The notes beneath the pieces are model-generated. The model was not told where the DNA came from. It saw nothing but the letters and a program-made list of their open reading frames with translations, and ran no database searches. Below are positions 20,201 to 29,734 of a DNA stretch of 64,000 bases, piece after piece. The first letter of the stretch is position 1, and each line of letters starts with the position of its first letter. The translations under genes were made by a program, and so were the position numbers. Source of the stretch: Verrucomicrobiota bacterium (GTDB lineage: Bacteria; Verrucomicrobiota; Verrucomicrobiia; Limisphaerales; SXQI01); assembly GCA_033762115.1 (NCBI GenBank), contig JANRLX010000019.1, positions 14,375-78,374 of the forward strand. The letters are read 5' to 3'.

Positions 20201-20742
20201 CGGTGCATATCATTGCGCTTACAGCCAACGCAATGCAGGGGGATCGGGAGCGTTGTATCGAGGCAGGAATGAATGATTACCTGAGAAAGCCGGTGCAGCG
20301 AAAAGATATGGAGCAGGCGTTGCAAAGTTACCTCTCTTCAAGCGGGAACAGGACCGCACCTGTAATGAATACATTTACCCGGGCTGAAGAGCGCAAGATG
20401 GTCGATTGGGAACGGCTGTCAGATGTCAGCGGCGGCGATTTTGAGGAAATGCGCGGCCTGGCGGAACTGTTCATCGAGCAGGCGGATGAAATCATGTGCA
20501 AGCTGGAAGCTGCGGTCGAGAATCAACAAATCCGTGAAGTGGAGCAGCACGCGCACAAACTGGCAGGCGCGAGTTCCAGCTGTGGGATGGATGGAATGGT
20601 TGAGTCCCTGAAGCGGATGGAAGAGGAAGCGCGTGGCGGTTCGTTGCATAACGCCAAAGCGCTTTTTGCCAGGGCTACCGAGGAGCTCGGATTGATTAAG
20701 AACCTGTTGGAAGAGCGGTTTCCCACCCTCCATCCTGTATGA
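17293..20742 (+). CDS. Hybrid sensor kinase: TM-CHASE-TM-LOV(PAS)-HisKA-HATPase-REC-REC-Hpt
   Basis: CHASE-like YIEP...AIGYD...AAERARDSG...LIQ; LOV motif [21 protein letters not shown]; two REC domains (LDMQMP, MDCQMP); Hpt AHKLAGAS. Confidence 0.92.
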   Translation: MDLSSTRDEAFAARLPRAMARPSSLAWVVLSLCLLLTLVAWRTSLDALTASDEMRFQAVVQKLRTVLQDRMSDYQQVLRGCEGLFAGSESVSRSEFSNFVKRLRVEERYPGIQGLQFNQFVEQKKLSSFLEEAKQDGHPDFNYFPPGIRSNYFIIKYIEPEGLNSMAIGYDSGSEEHRRAAAERARDSGEPTLTGKLTLIQSPQNQPGFILMVPVYKQGLPVHDVAARRKALLGWVMGVFRAGVLMKSVSEEVSSLLSVELYDDPRMGVDSLLYDDDSILQSQLPLNDYSLRKTTRIPIGGREWTLHCVAKPAFMAAVDRSQPNLVLAGGILGSFLIFSVIYALSRTREDALRLAMQMTGKLRLYESAIKSTSNGILITDARQPDNPIIYVNPAFEKMTGYSQEEVMGRNCRFLQGEDRDQEGLKEIRNALHEKREARAVLRNYRKDGTLFHNELTISPVHDKLGMLAYFIGVTVDVTERKQFERSLAEARDAALTSARSKAEFLANMSHEIRTPMNGIIGMTSLLLDTDLNPQQRDFGNTIRNSADSLLTLMNDILDFSKIEAGKLELEILDFDLLEAVESSLELLAPRAHAKGLELASLVQGGTPQTVTGDVGRIRQVLINLLSNAVKFTEDGEVVVRVRHEALEGAKVRLHFEVSDTGIGIPESAQARLFKVFSQADGSTTRKYGGTGLGLAICRQLVELMGGEIGVRSQHGKGSTFWFYVQVEAKAAHSSTLTPNLDLAGLKVLVVDDNQTNRLILQHQLSTFHLSPVLVANAVEATEALFHKESDIHAVILDMQMPEINGIELAKLIHQNSATAEVPILMLTSLGQQFSAKELKEAGIVSCLSKPVKQSRLLSALKKAIKGEVETGDHQGRSSMEAAPDYRFGQLRILLAEDNSVNQRIAIGLLAKLGCSADAVGNGLEAIEALRRIPYDVVFMDCQMPEMDGLEASREIRKRETNSSLAPRTAPVHIIALTANAMQGDRERCIEAGMNDYLRKPVQRKDMEQALQSYLSSSGNRTAPVMNTFTRAEERKMVDWERLSDVSGGDFEEMRGLAELFIEQADEIMCKLEAAVENQQIREVEQHAHKLAGASSSCGMDGMVESLKRMEEEARGGSLHNAKALFARATEELGLIKNLLEERFPTLHPV

Positions 20743-21920
20743 AAAGAATCTTAATCGTGGAAGATGATCCGGTGGTCGCCCGGATTTATGAGAACCGATT
20801 GCGGAATGAAGGCTTTGGGATTGAAGTAGTGCATGATGGAGAGCATGCACTGCTTCAGATCAAAAAGGAAAGGCCCGATCTGCTCCTGCTGGACCTGATG
20901 CTTCCCAAGATGAACGGAGTGGAGGTACTGAAGGAACTGCGAAAAAATCCTTCCACCGAAAAGCTCCCTGTGATCGTCCTTTCGAATTCCTACGTGACCC
21001 ATATGATCCAGGCCGCGTGGAAAGCCGGGGCAACAAAATGCCTGACTAAATCCGATTGCACCCCGAAGCAACTGGTCGAGATCATCACCTCAACCCTTGA
21101 GGCGGCAGCCTCCATGCAAATCCGGGAATCTGTACGGCAGGCTCAACCTGCTCCCCCTGTGATGACCGGTGAGCTTGGGTTGCAGGCTGATCTTCGGCTT
21201 GCATTCAGCCAGCGCGCACCGCATGTGCTGGCAACATTAAGGACTGTCCTGCAGGCAACCGTGAAAACGGAGACTGAACTCCAGAAAGCGCCCCATTTGT
21301 TCGAATTAAGCCGGATCATTCATTCCCTTGGAGGCAATGCGGCGTTGATCTCTTTTTATAAAATTGCGGAGTTGAGCAGCGCTCTCGAAGCTCTCCTGAA
21401 GGAACTTTATGAAAAGCCGCGCAATATCAACCCTTCCACTTTTCGCACGGTGGTTCAGGCAGTGGATTTGCTCGGTGCCTTGTTGAGTGAGCCACTCCAT
21501 CGCCAGGCCCAGCCCCTGCCTGCATCCCTCGTGTTGATTGTGGATGATGAACCGATCTCGCGACGCACGATGAGGACGGCTCTGGAAAAAACCTGCCTAA
21601 CCCCTTTGACAGTGGCATCTCCTTCTCCGGCGCTGGCGCTCTTGCAGGATAATCCCTTGAGCATTGTCTTTTCGGATGTGGACATGCCTGAAATGAGCGG
21701 CTTCGAATTTTGTGCGGAAATCCGCAAACTAGCCACCCACAAAAATACGCCGGTCATTTTTATTACAGGGCTGGGAGATTTTGAAACCAGGGCAAAATCG
21801 ACCTTGAGCGGCGGCACTGACCTGATCGGCAAACCGGTCTTGCCGCTTGATGTCGCGGTCAAGGCATTGACGTATGTTTTAAAGGCCCACCTGGCTTCAG
21901 AAGAAAAAGAATCCGAATAG
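20739..21920 (+). CDS. Response regulator REC-Hpt-REC
   Basis: N-terminal REC (LLDLMLP), central IHSLGGNA Hpt-like helix, C-terminal REC (SDVDMP); coupled to the kinase. Confidence 0.85.
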   Translation: MKRILIVEDDPVVARIYENRLRNEGFGIEVVHDGEHALLQIKKERPDLLLLDLMLPKMNGVEVLKELRKNPSTEKLPVIVLSNSYVTHMIQAAWKAGATKCLTKSDCTPKQLVEIITSTLEAAASMQIRESVRQAQPAPPVMTGELGLQADLRLAFSQRAPHVLATLRTVLQATVKTETELQKAPHLFELSRIIHSLGGNAALISFYKIAELSSALEALLKELYEKPRNINPSTFRTVVQAVDLLGALLSEPLHRQAQPLPASLVLIVDDEPISRRTMRTALEKTCLTPLTVASPSPALALLQDNPLSIVFSDVDMPEMSGFEFCAEIRKLATHKNTPVIFITGLGDFETRAKSTLSGGTDLIGKPVLPLDVAVKALTYVLKAHLASEEKESE

Positions 21921-21984
21921 CCGGTTCTATCCTTCGTGCCCCTGTGGCGTTGCTTCCCTTCCCACCTTTGCATACTTTCACGGG

Positions 21985-22983
21985 ATGCAGCAGACCTCAT
22001 CAGCGCATTTTCCGGAGAGGCGCCTTCGCCGTTTGCGTTCCTCGCCCCAGCTAAGAGCGCTGGTGCGCGAGACGCGCCTGACTCGGGAACAGCTTGTATT
22101 GCCGTTGTTTGCAAGAGAGGGGACCGCAATCCGGCAACCGGTTCGATCAATGCCGGGAGTATTTCAACTTTCAATCGATGAACTGGTGAAGGAAGCGCGA
22201 GGGGCATTTGATTTGGGTGTTCCCGCAGTTCTGCTTTTCGGGATTCCGGAAACCAAGGATGAGCATGCAAGCTCCGCTTTTGATGAAAACGGGATTGTGC
22301 AAAGAAGCGTTCGCGCATTGAAGCAGGCAATTCCTGAACTGCTGGTCATTACGGATGTGTGCCTCTGCGAATACATGATCCACGGACATTGCGGGCTGGT
22401 GCATGAGTCGCGACAGGGAGCAGTGGTCGAGAATGACACCACACTGGACATTCTCGCTGGCACCGCATTGAGTCATGCCCAGGCCGGGGCAGACATCGTC
22501 GCGCCGAGCGACATGATGGATGGGCGGGTGGCGGCAATCCGTTCCTCCCTCGATGGGAACGGCTTCAGCAACCTGCCGATCATGTCCTACGCTGCGAAAT
22601 TTGCTTCTGCATTTTATGGACCTTTTCGGGAAGCAGCAGAATCAGCTCCCCAATTCGGTGATCGCCGGTCTTACCAGATGGATGCAGCCAATGGAGATGA
22701 AGCGTTGCGGGAGGTGGCGCTGGATTTGCAGGAAGGAGCGGACATCGTAATGGTCAAACCGGCGCTGGCTTACCTGGACATTCTTCACCGGGTAAAAACG
22801 GAATTTCGCTGTCCCACCGCAGCCTATGCGGTCAGTGGTGAATATTCGATGGTGAAAGCGGCAGCGGCCAATGGCTGGATTGATGAACGAGCGGTGCTGC
22901 TGGAAAGCCACCTCGCGATGAAACGGGCGGGCGCGGACATCATCATTACTTACGCCGCGCGAGAATTGGCCGGCTGGATTTAG
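21985..22983 (+). CDS. hemB: Porphobilinogen synthase
   Basis: RLRRLR, DVCLCEY..HGHCG, APSDMMDGRV, MVKPA. Confidence 0.97.
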   Translation: MQQTSSAHFPERRLRRLRSSPQLRALVRETRLTREQLVLPLFAREGTAIRQPVRSMPGVFQLSIDELVKEARGAFDLGVPAVLLFGIPETKDEHASSAFDENGIVQRSVRALKQAIPELLVITDVCLCEYMIHGHCGLVHESRQGAVVENDTTLDILAGTALSHAQAGADIVAPSDMMDGRVAAIRSSLDGNGFSNLPIMSYAAKFASAFYGPFREAAESAPQFGDRRSYQMDAANGDEALREVALDLQEGADIVMVKPALAYLDILHRVKTEFRCPTAAYAVSGEYSMVKAAAANGWIDERAVLLESHLAMKRAGADIIITYAARELAGWI

Positions 22984-22992
22984 CGGATTGCA

Positions 22993-23394
22993 ATGCCGAT
23001 ATTTTATGAATGTGATCGTTGCAGCGCCTGTTGCCGCTGGCCGGGAGAGGTGAGGATTTCAGCAGAAGAAATCACGCGAATTGCTTCGCACCTGAATTTG
23101 ACCGAGCATGACTTCATTCAACAGCATACCCGGTTGAGCAGTAACCGGCAGGGCCTTGCGTTGGCGGACAAGGAAAATGGAGAATGTGCTTTTCTGGAAG
23201 CTGGCTCGTGTGCCATTCAAGAGGTAAAACCGCAGCAATGCCGTGAATTTCCTAATCTCTGGAATTTCCCCGGCTTTGAAAAGATCTGCAAGGCGGTGCC
23301 CCGCCAGGTGGACGAGGCGACTTATCGTGAACTAATTTTCAAGGCAACAGGGCGGCGAATCAATGGGCCGGACGCGGTTGACGCACCCCCTTGA
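22993..23394 (+). CDS. YkgJ family cysteine-cluster protein
   Basis: CDRCSACC...CAFL...CAI...KPQQCREFP. Confidence 0.85.
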   Translation: MPIFYECDRCSACCRWPGEVRISAEEITRIASHLNLTEHDFIQQHTRLSSNRQGLALADKENGECAFLEAGSCAIQEVKPQQCREFPNLWNFPGFEKICKAVPRQVDEATYRELIFKATGRRINGPDAVDAPP

Positions 23395-25324
23395 GAAGCT
23401 CACCTGAGTCCGGATCAGAAGGCCGCTGTGGTTTTTCGGTTCCTCTTTGGTTCAGCAACTCAAAACTGCGCCAATACTTGTTTGGCACCAGGGCGAGGCC
23501 GATCAGGAGCAACTGCGAGGCATTAAACACCATGAGCCATTTGAATGCCTGGTCCATGAAACCATAGGTATGCAGCCCCACTCCGAGCATGTTCACTCCG
23601 AACCAGGAAAAACCCGTCACGATATTGCCGATCAATGCCATGATCATGATCCCCCGTTCCCGGATAATTCCACCCCAGCGCGCATGGAGAGCGATCGCCC
23701 CCCAGATGACGATCAGCAATGCGCCATTTTCCTTGGGGTCCCAGCCCCAGAACCGGCCCCATGACTGGTCCGCCCAGATTCCCCCGAGCACCGTCCCTAC
23801 GAAGCTGAACAGCACCGAAAAGCAGATGATGCCGTAAACCATGCGCGTGAGCGCCTTGGAAGTGGCAGCTGACAATGTTTTGGTCAACACACCCCGCAGC
23901 ACATAAATAATCGCCAGGAAGCCTGCGAGGAATGTGGAGGCATAGCCAAGCGTGATAACGACCACATGAGTCGCGAGCCAGAAATTCGTGTCGAGCACCG
24001 CCTGGAGCATGATCATGGTGTCCCCGTCAAGTGACAGGTTGTGCGCGATGACCAGAGTGGTGAAACCAACTGCTGAAGCAGTCACGGTCCCGATCCCATC
24101 CTTGTAAATGCGTTCGAGGATTAAACCCAGCGCGACCGCGCCCCAACCGACAAAAATCGCGCTGGAATAAAGGTTGGTCACCGGCGGGCGACCCTCGAGC
24201 ACCATTCGGAAAATCAGTCCCGAGGTGTGAACCAGAAAAGCGAGGAAAGTCAGATAAAATGCAGAGCGGCTCATCCAGCCGGACCAGCGGAACCAATAGC
24301 CGCAGCCAAGGATGAATGCCAGAACGTAAATGGCCATGCTCTTCATGAACGGCTGAAAATAATTGAAGATCGATTCGCGATGCCCCTTTCCATTGGCTTT
24401 GGAAAAGTTTTCCGCGATCCACCGCTTATATTCCCCAACCGCTTTGTTAAAATCAGCCGGTTTTTGTTTTGAATAGGCTGTGCTCATGGCGGCAAAGGCA
24501 TTTACAGCGGGATGGATCTCACCGCTGCGCATCGATTCGAGCAGGCTGCCGCCAATCGTCACCCAGCCGTCCGGGTTCGTTTTGAGGTCACGAGGAGGCA
24601 CAGCCAGTGGATAGGCAATTTGGGACATCATCTGGTAACGCCGAAAAAAACGGGTCATCAGGGCCAGGTCCTCTTCATTGTACTCTTCGTTTGATTGATG
24701 CTTTTGAAGGGCGACCAGGCCATTTTTGATGTTGTCACGGTAAACAGAAATTTCCTCCTGAAAATCACCGGAGCTTTCCGGCTGCAAGGAATTTTTCAGC
24801 CGAAAATAAAGACCAAGGCTGAAGTTCAGCTTCATGATTCCTTTTTCGAAAGGAGTGCGAACCTCCGGCTCGATTTTAAGGTCGGTGATGCGCCTGGCCT
24901 GTTTTTCAATTTCACCCCAGCCTTCCTTGATCTGGTTGAAGGTGAATTGTTTTTCCTGTTCATCCAGTTTCAGCAACCCCTTGATTTCAGGATGGTCGAT
25001 GCGAAAAATGGGGCGTGTATCGGCAATTTCCGGGCGTGTGGTCACTTCCAGGAGCCATTCGATTGCGGGAAGTTTGACTTTATCACCCTGCGCATTGGTA
25101 ATGGCCACGCTTTGTTTCCCCTGGAACACCAGCAACGCATTTCGGGCGACCGAGTCGATTGGTTGAATTCGGCCATTGAGGAGGACGGGGATTTCTGCAA
25201 ATTCACGGATGTTGTATTCACCTTTGGATTTGCGGGGAAAAATCGTCGAGAGGACCCAAAGTGAAAAAATGGCCACAAGTGCCCAGGGGACCCAGCGTTG
25301 CCATCTGTTAGACTCTTTTTTCAT
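23360..25324 (-). CDS. ccsA: Cytochrome c biogenesis protein CcsA/ResC (system II)
   Basis: WADQSWGRFWGWDPKE WWD domain, WLATHV, GLHTY. Confidence 0.92.
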   Translation of the reverse strand: MKKESNRWQRWVPWALVAIFSLWVLSTIFPRKSKGEYNIREFAEIPVLLNGRIQPIDSVARNALLVFQGKQSVAITNAQGDKVKLPAIEWLLEVTTRPEIADTRPIFRIDHPEIKGLLKLDEQEKQFTFNQIKEGWGEIEKQARRITDLKIEPEVRTPFEKGIMKLNFSLGLYFRLKNSLQPESSGDFQEEISVYRDNIKNGLVALQKHQSNEEYNEEDLALMTRFFRRYQMMSQIAYPLAVPPRDLKTNPDGWVTIGGSLLESMRSGEIHPAVNAFAAMSTAYSKQKPADFNKAVGEYKRWIAENFSKANGKGHRESIFNYFQPFMKSMAIYVLAFILGCGYWFRWSGWMSRSAFYLTFLAFLVHTSGLIFRMVLEGRPPVTNLYSSAIFVGWGAVALGLILERIYKDGIGTVTASAVGFTTLVIAHNLSLDGDTMIMLQAVLDTNFWLATHVVVITLGYASTFLAGFLAIIYVLRGVLTKTLSAATSKALTRMVYGIICFSVLFSFVGTVLGGIWADQSWGRFWGWDPKENGALLIVIWGAIALHARWGGIIRERGIMIMALIGNIVTGFSWFGVNMLGVGLHTYGFMDQAFKWLMVFNASQLLLIGLALVPNKYWRSFELLNQRGTEKPQRPSDPDSGELLKGVRQPRPAH

Positions 25325-26481
25325 ACGCTTCTCTTTTTAGCGAACGCAACCAAATGCGATAGGAACTGAACCAGCAACCCAACACCCACCAGGACACAGG
25401 AAATATAAGGGGTCAGCCAGCTCGGGTTCCGCACCACCTGCAGGATTGAAACGGTATCCCCCGGTTCGAAGCCACCCTGGTAATAGGTTTCTCCCCAATA
25501 ACGTAGCGGATTGTTCATATAAATGAGTATCTCGCGATCTTCGTTGGTTTCAGGGCGTACCAACCGCACACGGCTGGAAAAATTCTTTGGCGTGTCCGTG
25601 CCTGCATAGCGCTCGTGGGTGAAATCAAGCAAATGCAACTGGAACGGCTTGTAATAACGCTCCGGTCGCATGGACATTTCGTAGCGTCTCCCTTTGTGCT
25701 CAAACTGCACCGGCTCTGAAAAACCTTGCGGCAGGCGGCTGCTGTAATTGGTCAGGAGCAATCCCACCAGCCGGTCCTCGGCAAGCCAGTTGGAAATTTT
25801 CCAGGTTCCCTTGCTACCATCCTCAGCCTTGATTTCGACCGTGGCGGCGGGAATGTTGCGATCATTCATCTTGACGGCCTGGTTTGTGGAAATAAAACGC
25901 AATTCACTGCCGTAAAGTCGCGGTTCGGTGTTCAGGGCGTATTCATGAATTTTTACTGTGAAGGGAAGTTGCGGATGGCGGATTTCCCTCCCCGGTTCGA
26001 GCATCGATTCAGGAATGGCCACGACATGGTCCGTTTGCGGATCGGTGACATCAATGATCGCCACCTCACTCCGGCGTCCGTTCTCCGAATAATTTTTGCT
26101 GGAGCCCTCCTCCAGTGCCATGAAGCTTTCGACCTGGTACACCTCGGTTAAAAATTGCCCGATCAAAAGAAAAATCAAACCGCCATGAACCATGATAATC
26201 CCGATTTTCTTTTTGGTAAATTTAAACCGAATCACATGGGCAGTGATCAGGTTGACGAGGAGCAATCCGCCCAGGAGATAACCGCCCGGCCAGATCGGGA
26301 TTTTCCAATTCGCTCCCTGCGGGCCCCACATGACAAAGAGGCTTTGAAAATAATTTTCCTGGACGATATACAAACCCAGCTTCACCTGCGCCATGGTCCC
26401 CATGAAGACCAGGACCCCCGCAAGTGTCAGGAGAATGACCGTCAGCCAAAGTGATGAAAGCGCCTTCCAGATTTTGCCCAT
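25321..26481 (-). CDS. Cytochrome c biogenesis ResB/Ccs1-like protein
   Basis: N-terminal TMs, IMVHGG, PKNFSSRV, IYMNNPLRY.G.TYYQ; coupled to ccsA. Confidence 0.85.
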   Translation of the reverse strand: MGKIWKALSSLWLTVILLTLAGVLVFMGTMAQVKLGLYIVQENYFQSLFVMWGPQGANWKIPIWPGGYLLGGLLLVNLITAHVIRFKFTKKKIGIIMVHGGLIFLLIGQFLTEVYQVESFMALEEGSSKNYSENGRRSEVAIIDVTDPQTDHVVAIPESMLEPGREIRHPQLPFTVKIHEYALNTEPRLYGSELRFISTNQAVKMNDRNIPAATVEIKAEDGSKGTWKISNWLAEDRLVGLLLTNYSSRLPQGFSEPVQFEHKGRRYEMSMRPERYYKPFQLHLLDFTHERYAGTDTPKNFSSRVRLVRPETNEDREILIYMNNPLRYWGETYYQGGFEPGDTVSILQVVRNPSWLTPYISCVLVGVGLLVQFLSHLVAFAKKRSV

Positions 26482-27578
26482 TAGCGTGCCTTGTCGATGA
26501 AACCGAGTAAGTTCTCCTTTTGCTGGCCGACCAGTTCACTGTCACCCGTCATTTTAAAAAACCAGGTGTTTTCGCCGCGTGGAACAATCGCACCAAGCAT
26601 CCGGGTTTCCTTCCCGGCGCGGGTACCCAAGAGGTCCACGATCTGTGCCTTGTCCCGTGGGAGTTGCTGCTCAGAAACAAGGTTTGCAAGTTCTCCTTCC
26701 TGAATGGGCGGAAGGTTGATCTGGCCGCGCCAACGATTTACATTGGCCAGCAGACCACCGGTGGCGCCGGGAAAGACACTGACTGTAACATCCGCGCTTT
26801 GCCCTGAACCCCCGGAAATTTTATAGCTCGCCTTGACCATCTGCCCCGGTTCCGTGGCCTGCCACCCCTGGGGTATCGGCCAGTCACCTTGCGTGGTGGA
26901 AGCCGGTTCTCTTGCAGTAACGGCTGGTTTTTGTTCCCCGTGGGCGTCTGGACCGTGAAAAGTCACTGACTTGAGGAATGTGAGAAATTTAGGTTTCTGC
27001 TCGGCAACAAGTGCATCCTCCCCGGTCATCTTAAAAAACCAAAGAGCCCCTTCCTGCTCCAGGAAAACGCCAATCGTGCGCAATTTGAATTTCCCCTCCA
27101 CCCTGGCCTCGGTACTGGCCATCTCCACGAGTGTTCCCGTGGCTGGCCCAACCTGGACTTTGCTGGTCATCCCGGCGAATTCTTCTCGCCCGACCTCCTT
27201 TAGCCCCAGGCTCTGCCGCCACATGTTGACACTTTCCAATTCCACCCCGGTCACACCCTGAAGCGGGACAATCGAGACTTCTGCCAGACGACCATCGCCT
27301 GCGCTGATCCGGAACGACCCCGCCCGCATCGTATCACCAGATGTTTCACTCCACCCGGTTGGCAGTTCCCAATGGAGATGAGGCCTTTCCGGGGCAGGGG
27401 CTTCATGATTGTGGCCATCGCCTGGCCCATGCGCATGCCGAGGCAGGCTCTTTTTCTGCTCTTTGGGAACCCGATAACTTGAAATCTCTTCCCTTGAGCA
27501 TCCGGCCAGCCCTCCTGAAATCAGGAGGAGCAGGCAAATCCGTGGCAAATATCCATGCCTGTGAGTTCCGCGAACCAT
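26481..27578 (-). CDS. Putative lipoprotein with His-rich linker and two repeated domains
   Basis: Lipobox LAGC; HAHGPGDGHNH; duplicated W..P.GW...NVNRWR/VNMWR...WFFKMTG units. Confidence 0.75.
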   Translation of the reverse strand: MVRGTHRHGYLPRICLLLLISGGLAGCSREEISSYRVPKEQKKSLPRHAHGPGDGHNHEAPAPERPHLHWELPTGWSETSGDTMRAGSFRISAGDGRLAEVSIVPLQGVTGVELESVNMWRQSLGLKEVGREEFAGMTSKVQVGPATGTLVEMASTEARVEGKFKLRTIGVFLEQEGALWFFKMTGEDALVAEQKPKFLTFLKSVTFHGPDAHGEQKPAVTAREPASTTQGDWPIPQGWQATEPGQMVKASYKISGGSGQSADVTVSVFPGATGGLLANVNRWRGQINLPPIQEGELANLVSEQQLPRDKAQIVDLLGTRAGKETRMLGAIVPRGENTWFFKMTGDSELVGQQKENLLGFIDKAR

Positions 27579-27693
27579 TGAACTTAAATAATAATGCAGT
27601 TTGACGCCGTGGCGAAGTATTTATTCTGCCCAATCGAGAGGCTTTCGGGTAGATCAATTTGAAGATGCTGATAACAGCTGTTTGGGTAGGCAA

Positions 27694-28050
27694 TCATTTT
27701 CCAACCATGGCGTCCAGGTCTGTTTGCAGTTTTTCAGCCGCTTTGAGCAAACCGAGAAATTTTTTCCCAAACGGTGACAATCGATACTCAACGCGCGGGG
27801 GGATTTCCGGATACTGCACCCGCTCAAAAATTCCAGCGCGGGTGAAGTGGCGCAATCGATCACTTAAAACCTTGGCGCTGATCCCATTAATATGCCGTTC
27901 GAGGGCACCCGGTCGGCGCACTCCGCCCGCGACTGCGCGAAGGACAGTGATTGTCCAACGACATCCAAGAATATCCTCAAGCAATCGATCCACCCGCCCT
28001 GAGTTCATTTTCGGCAGTTTTGCCAACAATTTTTTCTCGTTGGTTTTCAT
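27694..28050 (-). CDS. HxlR family winged-helix regulator
   Basis: RWTITVL, ISAKVLSDRLR, YPEIPPRVEYRLSPFG. Confidence 0.9.
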   Translation of the reverse strand: MKTNEKKLLAKLPKMNSGRVDRLLEDILGCRWTITVLRAVAGGVRRPGALERHINGISAKVLSDRLRHFTRAGIFERVQYPEIPPRVEYRLSPFGKKFLGLLKAAEKLQTDLDAMVGK

Positions 28051-28151
28051 AAACTTACACCAATTTATGGGTATCCCACCGATTTCTGCCCGGTTTTCAA
28101 ACAAATAAAATTCCGTGATCCTGGCCGCAGAAGTTAAACCAACAATTTTAT

Positions 28152-28523
28152 ATGAAAATAGCGATTATTATCCTGTCCGATGCAAAAGGGGGAGATGAAG
28201 CATTAGGCCGTGTCTTCAACGGATTGGCAACAGCGCACGAGGCGCTCAAGGCCGGTGACGAGGTGGCCGTGGTTTTCAACGGGGCAGGCACCCGCTGGCC
28301 CGAGCAGCTAACAAAAATCTCTCATCCCGCCAACGCACTCTACAATTCAGTACGTGAATCAATCAGAGGAGCCTCCTGTGGTTGCGCCTCGGTTTTTGGA
28401 GCGACGGAAAGCGTGGAGGCGTGTGGTCTTCCATTGATCAAGGACATGGCCCTGGCCGGGACCCCCGGACTCGGCAGCATACGAAACTACCTGGCCAATG
28501 GCTGGCAAACATTACTGTTCTAA
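28152..28523 (+). CDS. DsrE-like sulfur-relay family protein
   Basis: VVFNGAGT, ASCGCASVFG; short DsrE-like pattern. Confidence 0.7.
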   Translation: MKIAIIILSDAKGGDEALGRVFNGLATAHEALKAGDEVAVVFNGAGTRWPEQLTKISHPANALYNSVRESIRGASCGCASVFGATESVEACGLPLIKDMALAGTPGLGSIRNYLANGWQTLLF

Positions 28524-28539
28524 AAAACAAAGGAATTTT

Positions 28540-29139
28540 ATGGCTGGCCGGTTCATGGAAATTGCGCTGACTGATTCAGTTCGTGCCGCCCAGGAACAAT
28601 ACTACGGGAAACCGCAACGGATTCCCGCCGCGGAAGCATCAGATCCCCTGACCGAGGATGAAATCCAGTTCATCAGACAAAGAGACAGTTTCTATATGGC
28701 TACAGTGAATGAAGAGGGATGGCCTTTTATTCAACATCGCGGAGGACAGGCCGGGTTCCTGAAAGTTATTTCACCAGGCTCACTGGCCTTTGCCGATTAC
28801 AAAGGCAATCGACAGATGCTTTCGACCGGGAACATTTCCAAGAATCCTAAAGTGTCCCTCTTTCTCATGGACTATCCCGGACGCACACGCTTGAAAATTA
28901 TTGGAAAAGCCCGAGTCGTTGACATTCGAGACGAGCCGGACCTGACAGTTCAATTAGCCGAACCGGAGATGCGCTCGTTGGTGGAACGGGCATTTTTTAT
29001 TGAGGTGGTTTCCTATGACTGGAATTGTCCCAAGTATATCACTCCACGTTATACAAGTTCAGAAATTGAAGAATTGATCTTGCCATTAAAACGCCGTATC
29101 ACCGAGCTGGAAAACCTGTTGAGCAGGAAAAAATCATGA
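28540..29139 (+). CDS. Pyridoxamine 5'-phosphate oxidase-like FMN-binding protein
   Basis: [44 protein letters not shown]. Confidence 0.88.
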   Translation: MAGRFMEIALTDSVRAAQEQYYGKPQRIPAAEASDPLTEDEIQFIRQRDSFYMATVNEEGWPFIQHRGGQAGFLKVISPGSLAFADYKGNRQMLSTGNISKNPKVSLFLMDYPGRTRLKIIGKARVVDIRDEPDLTVQLAEPEMRSLVERAFFIEVVSYDWNCPKYITPRYTSSEIEELILPLKRRITELENLLSRKKS

Positions 29140-29564
29140 GGAACCCCCGACCTCCATTGCCCCCTTTCAACGAAGAAACCGCCCGGCAAAAGGTCCAGGC
29201 AGCGGAAGATGCCTGGAACTCGCGCGATCCTGAGCGAGTGGCCCTTGCCTACACGGAGGATACGCATTGGCGAAATCGCTCGGAGTTCATCAATGGGCGC
29301 GCGGAAGTGGTGGAATTCCTTCGCCGGAAGTGGGCCAAAGAACTTGACTACCGCTTGAAAAAGGAACTGTGGGCCTTCAACGCGACCCGGATTGCAGTGC
29401 GATTTGAGTATGAATGGCACGATCACTCGGGACAATGGTTTCGGTCCTACGGAAATGAAAATTGGGAGTTCGATGAACTGGGTTATATGAAATTCCGTTT
29501 CGCCAGCATTAACGATCTGGCAATTCAGGAGATGGACCGGAAGCTTCGCTGGGAACGGAAGTAG
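29136..29564 (+). CDS. DUF1348 / NTF2-like family protein
   Basis: [40 protein letters not shown]. Confidence 0.9.
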   Translation: MRNPRPPLPPFNEETARQKVQAAEDAWNSRDPERVALAYTEDTHWRNRSEFINGRAEVVEFLRRKWAKELDYRLKKELWAFNATRIAVRFEYEWHDHSGQWFRSYGNENWEFDELGYMKFRFASINDLAIQEMDRKLRWERK

Positions 29565-29734
29565 CCTGACAGGTGGATTGCGCCTTCGACTCAGGCGCGT
29601 CCTCAAACTCGCTTTTAAATTTCATTGGTTCCACTGATCTGGGAAGTTCCCCGTTGACGCTGGAGGCGGGGTGTTTGAAATTGGCACCCGGAAGAACTTT
29701 ATCCGTTTGCTGGTTTACTACTCCTTGAGTCTGT

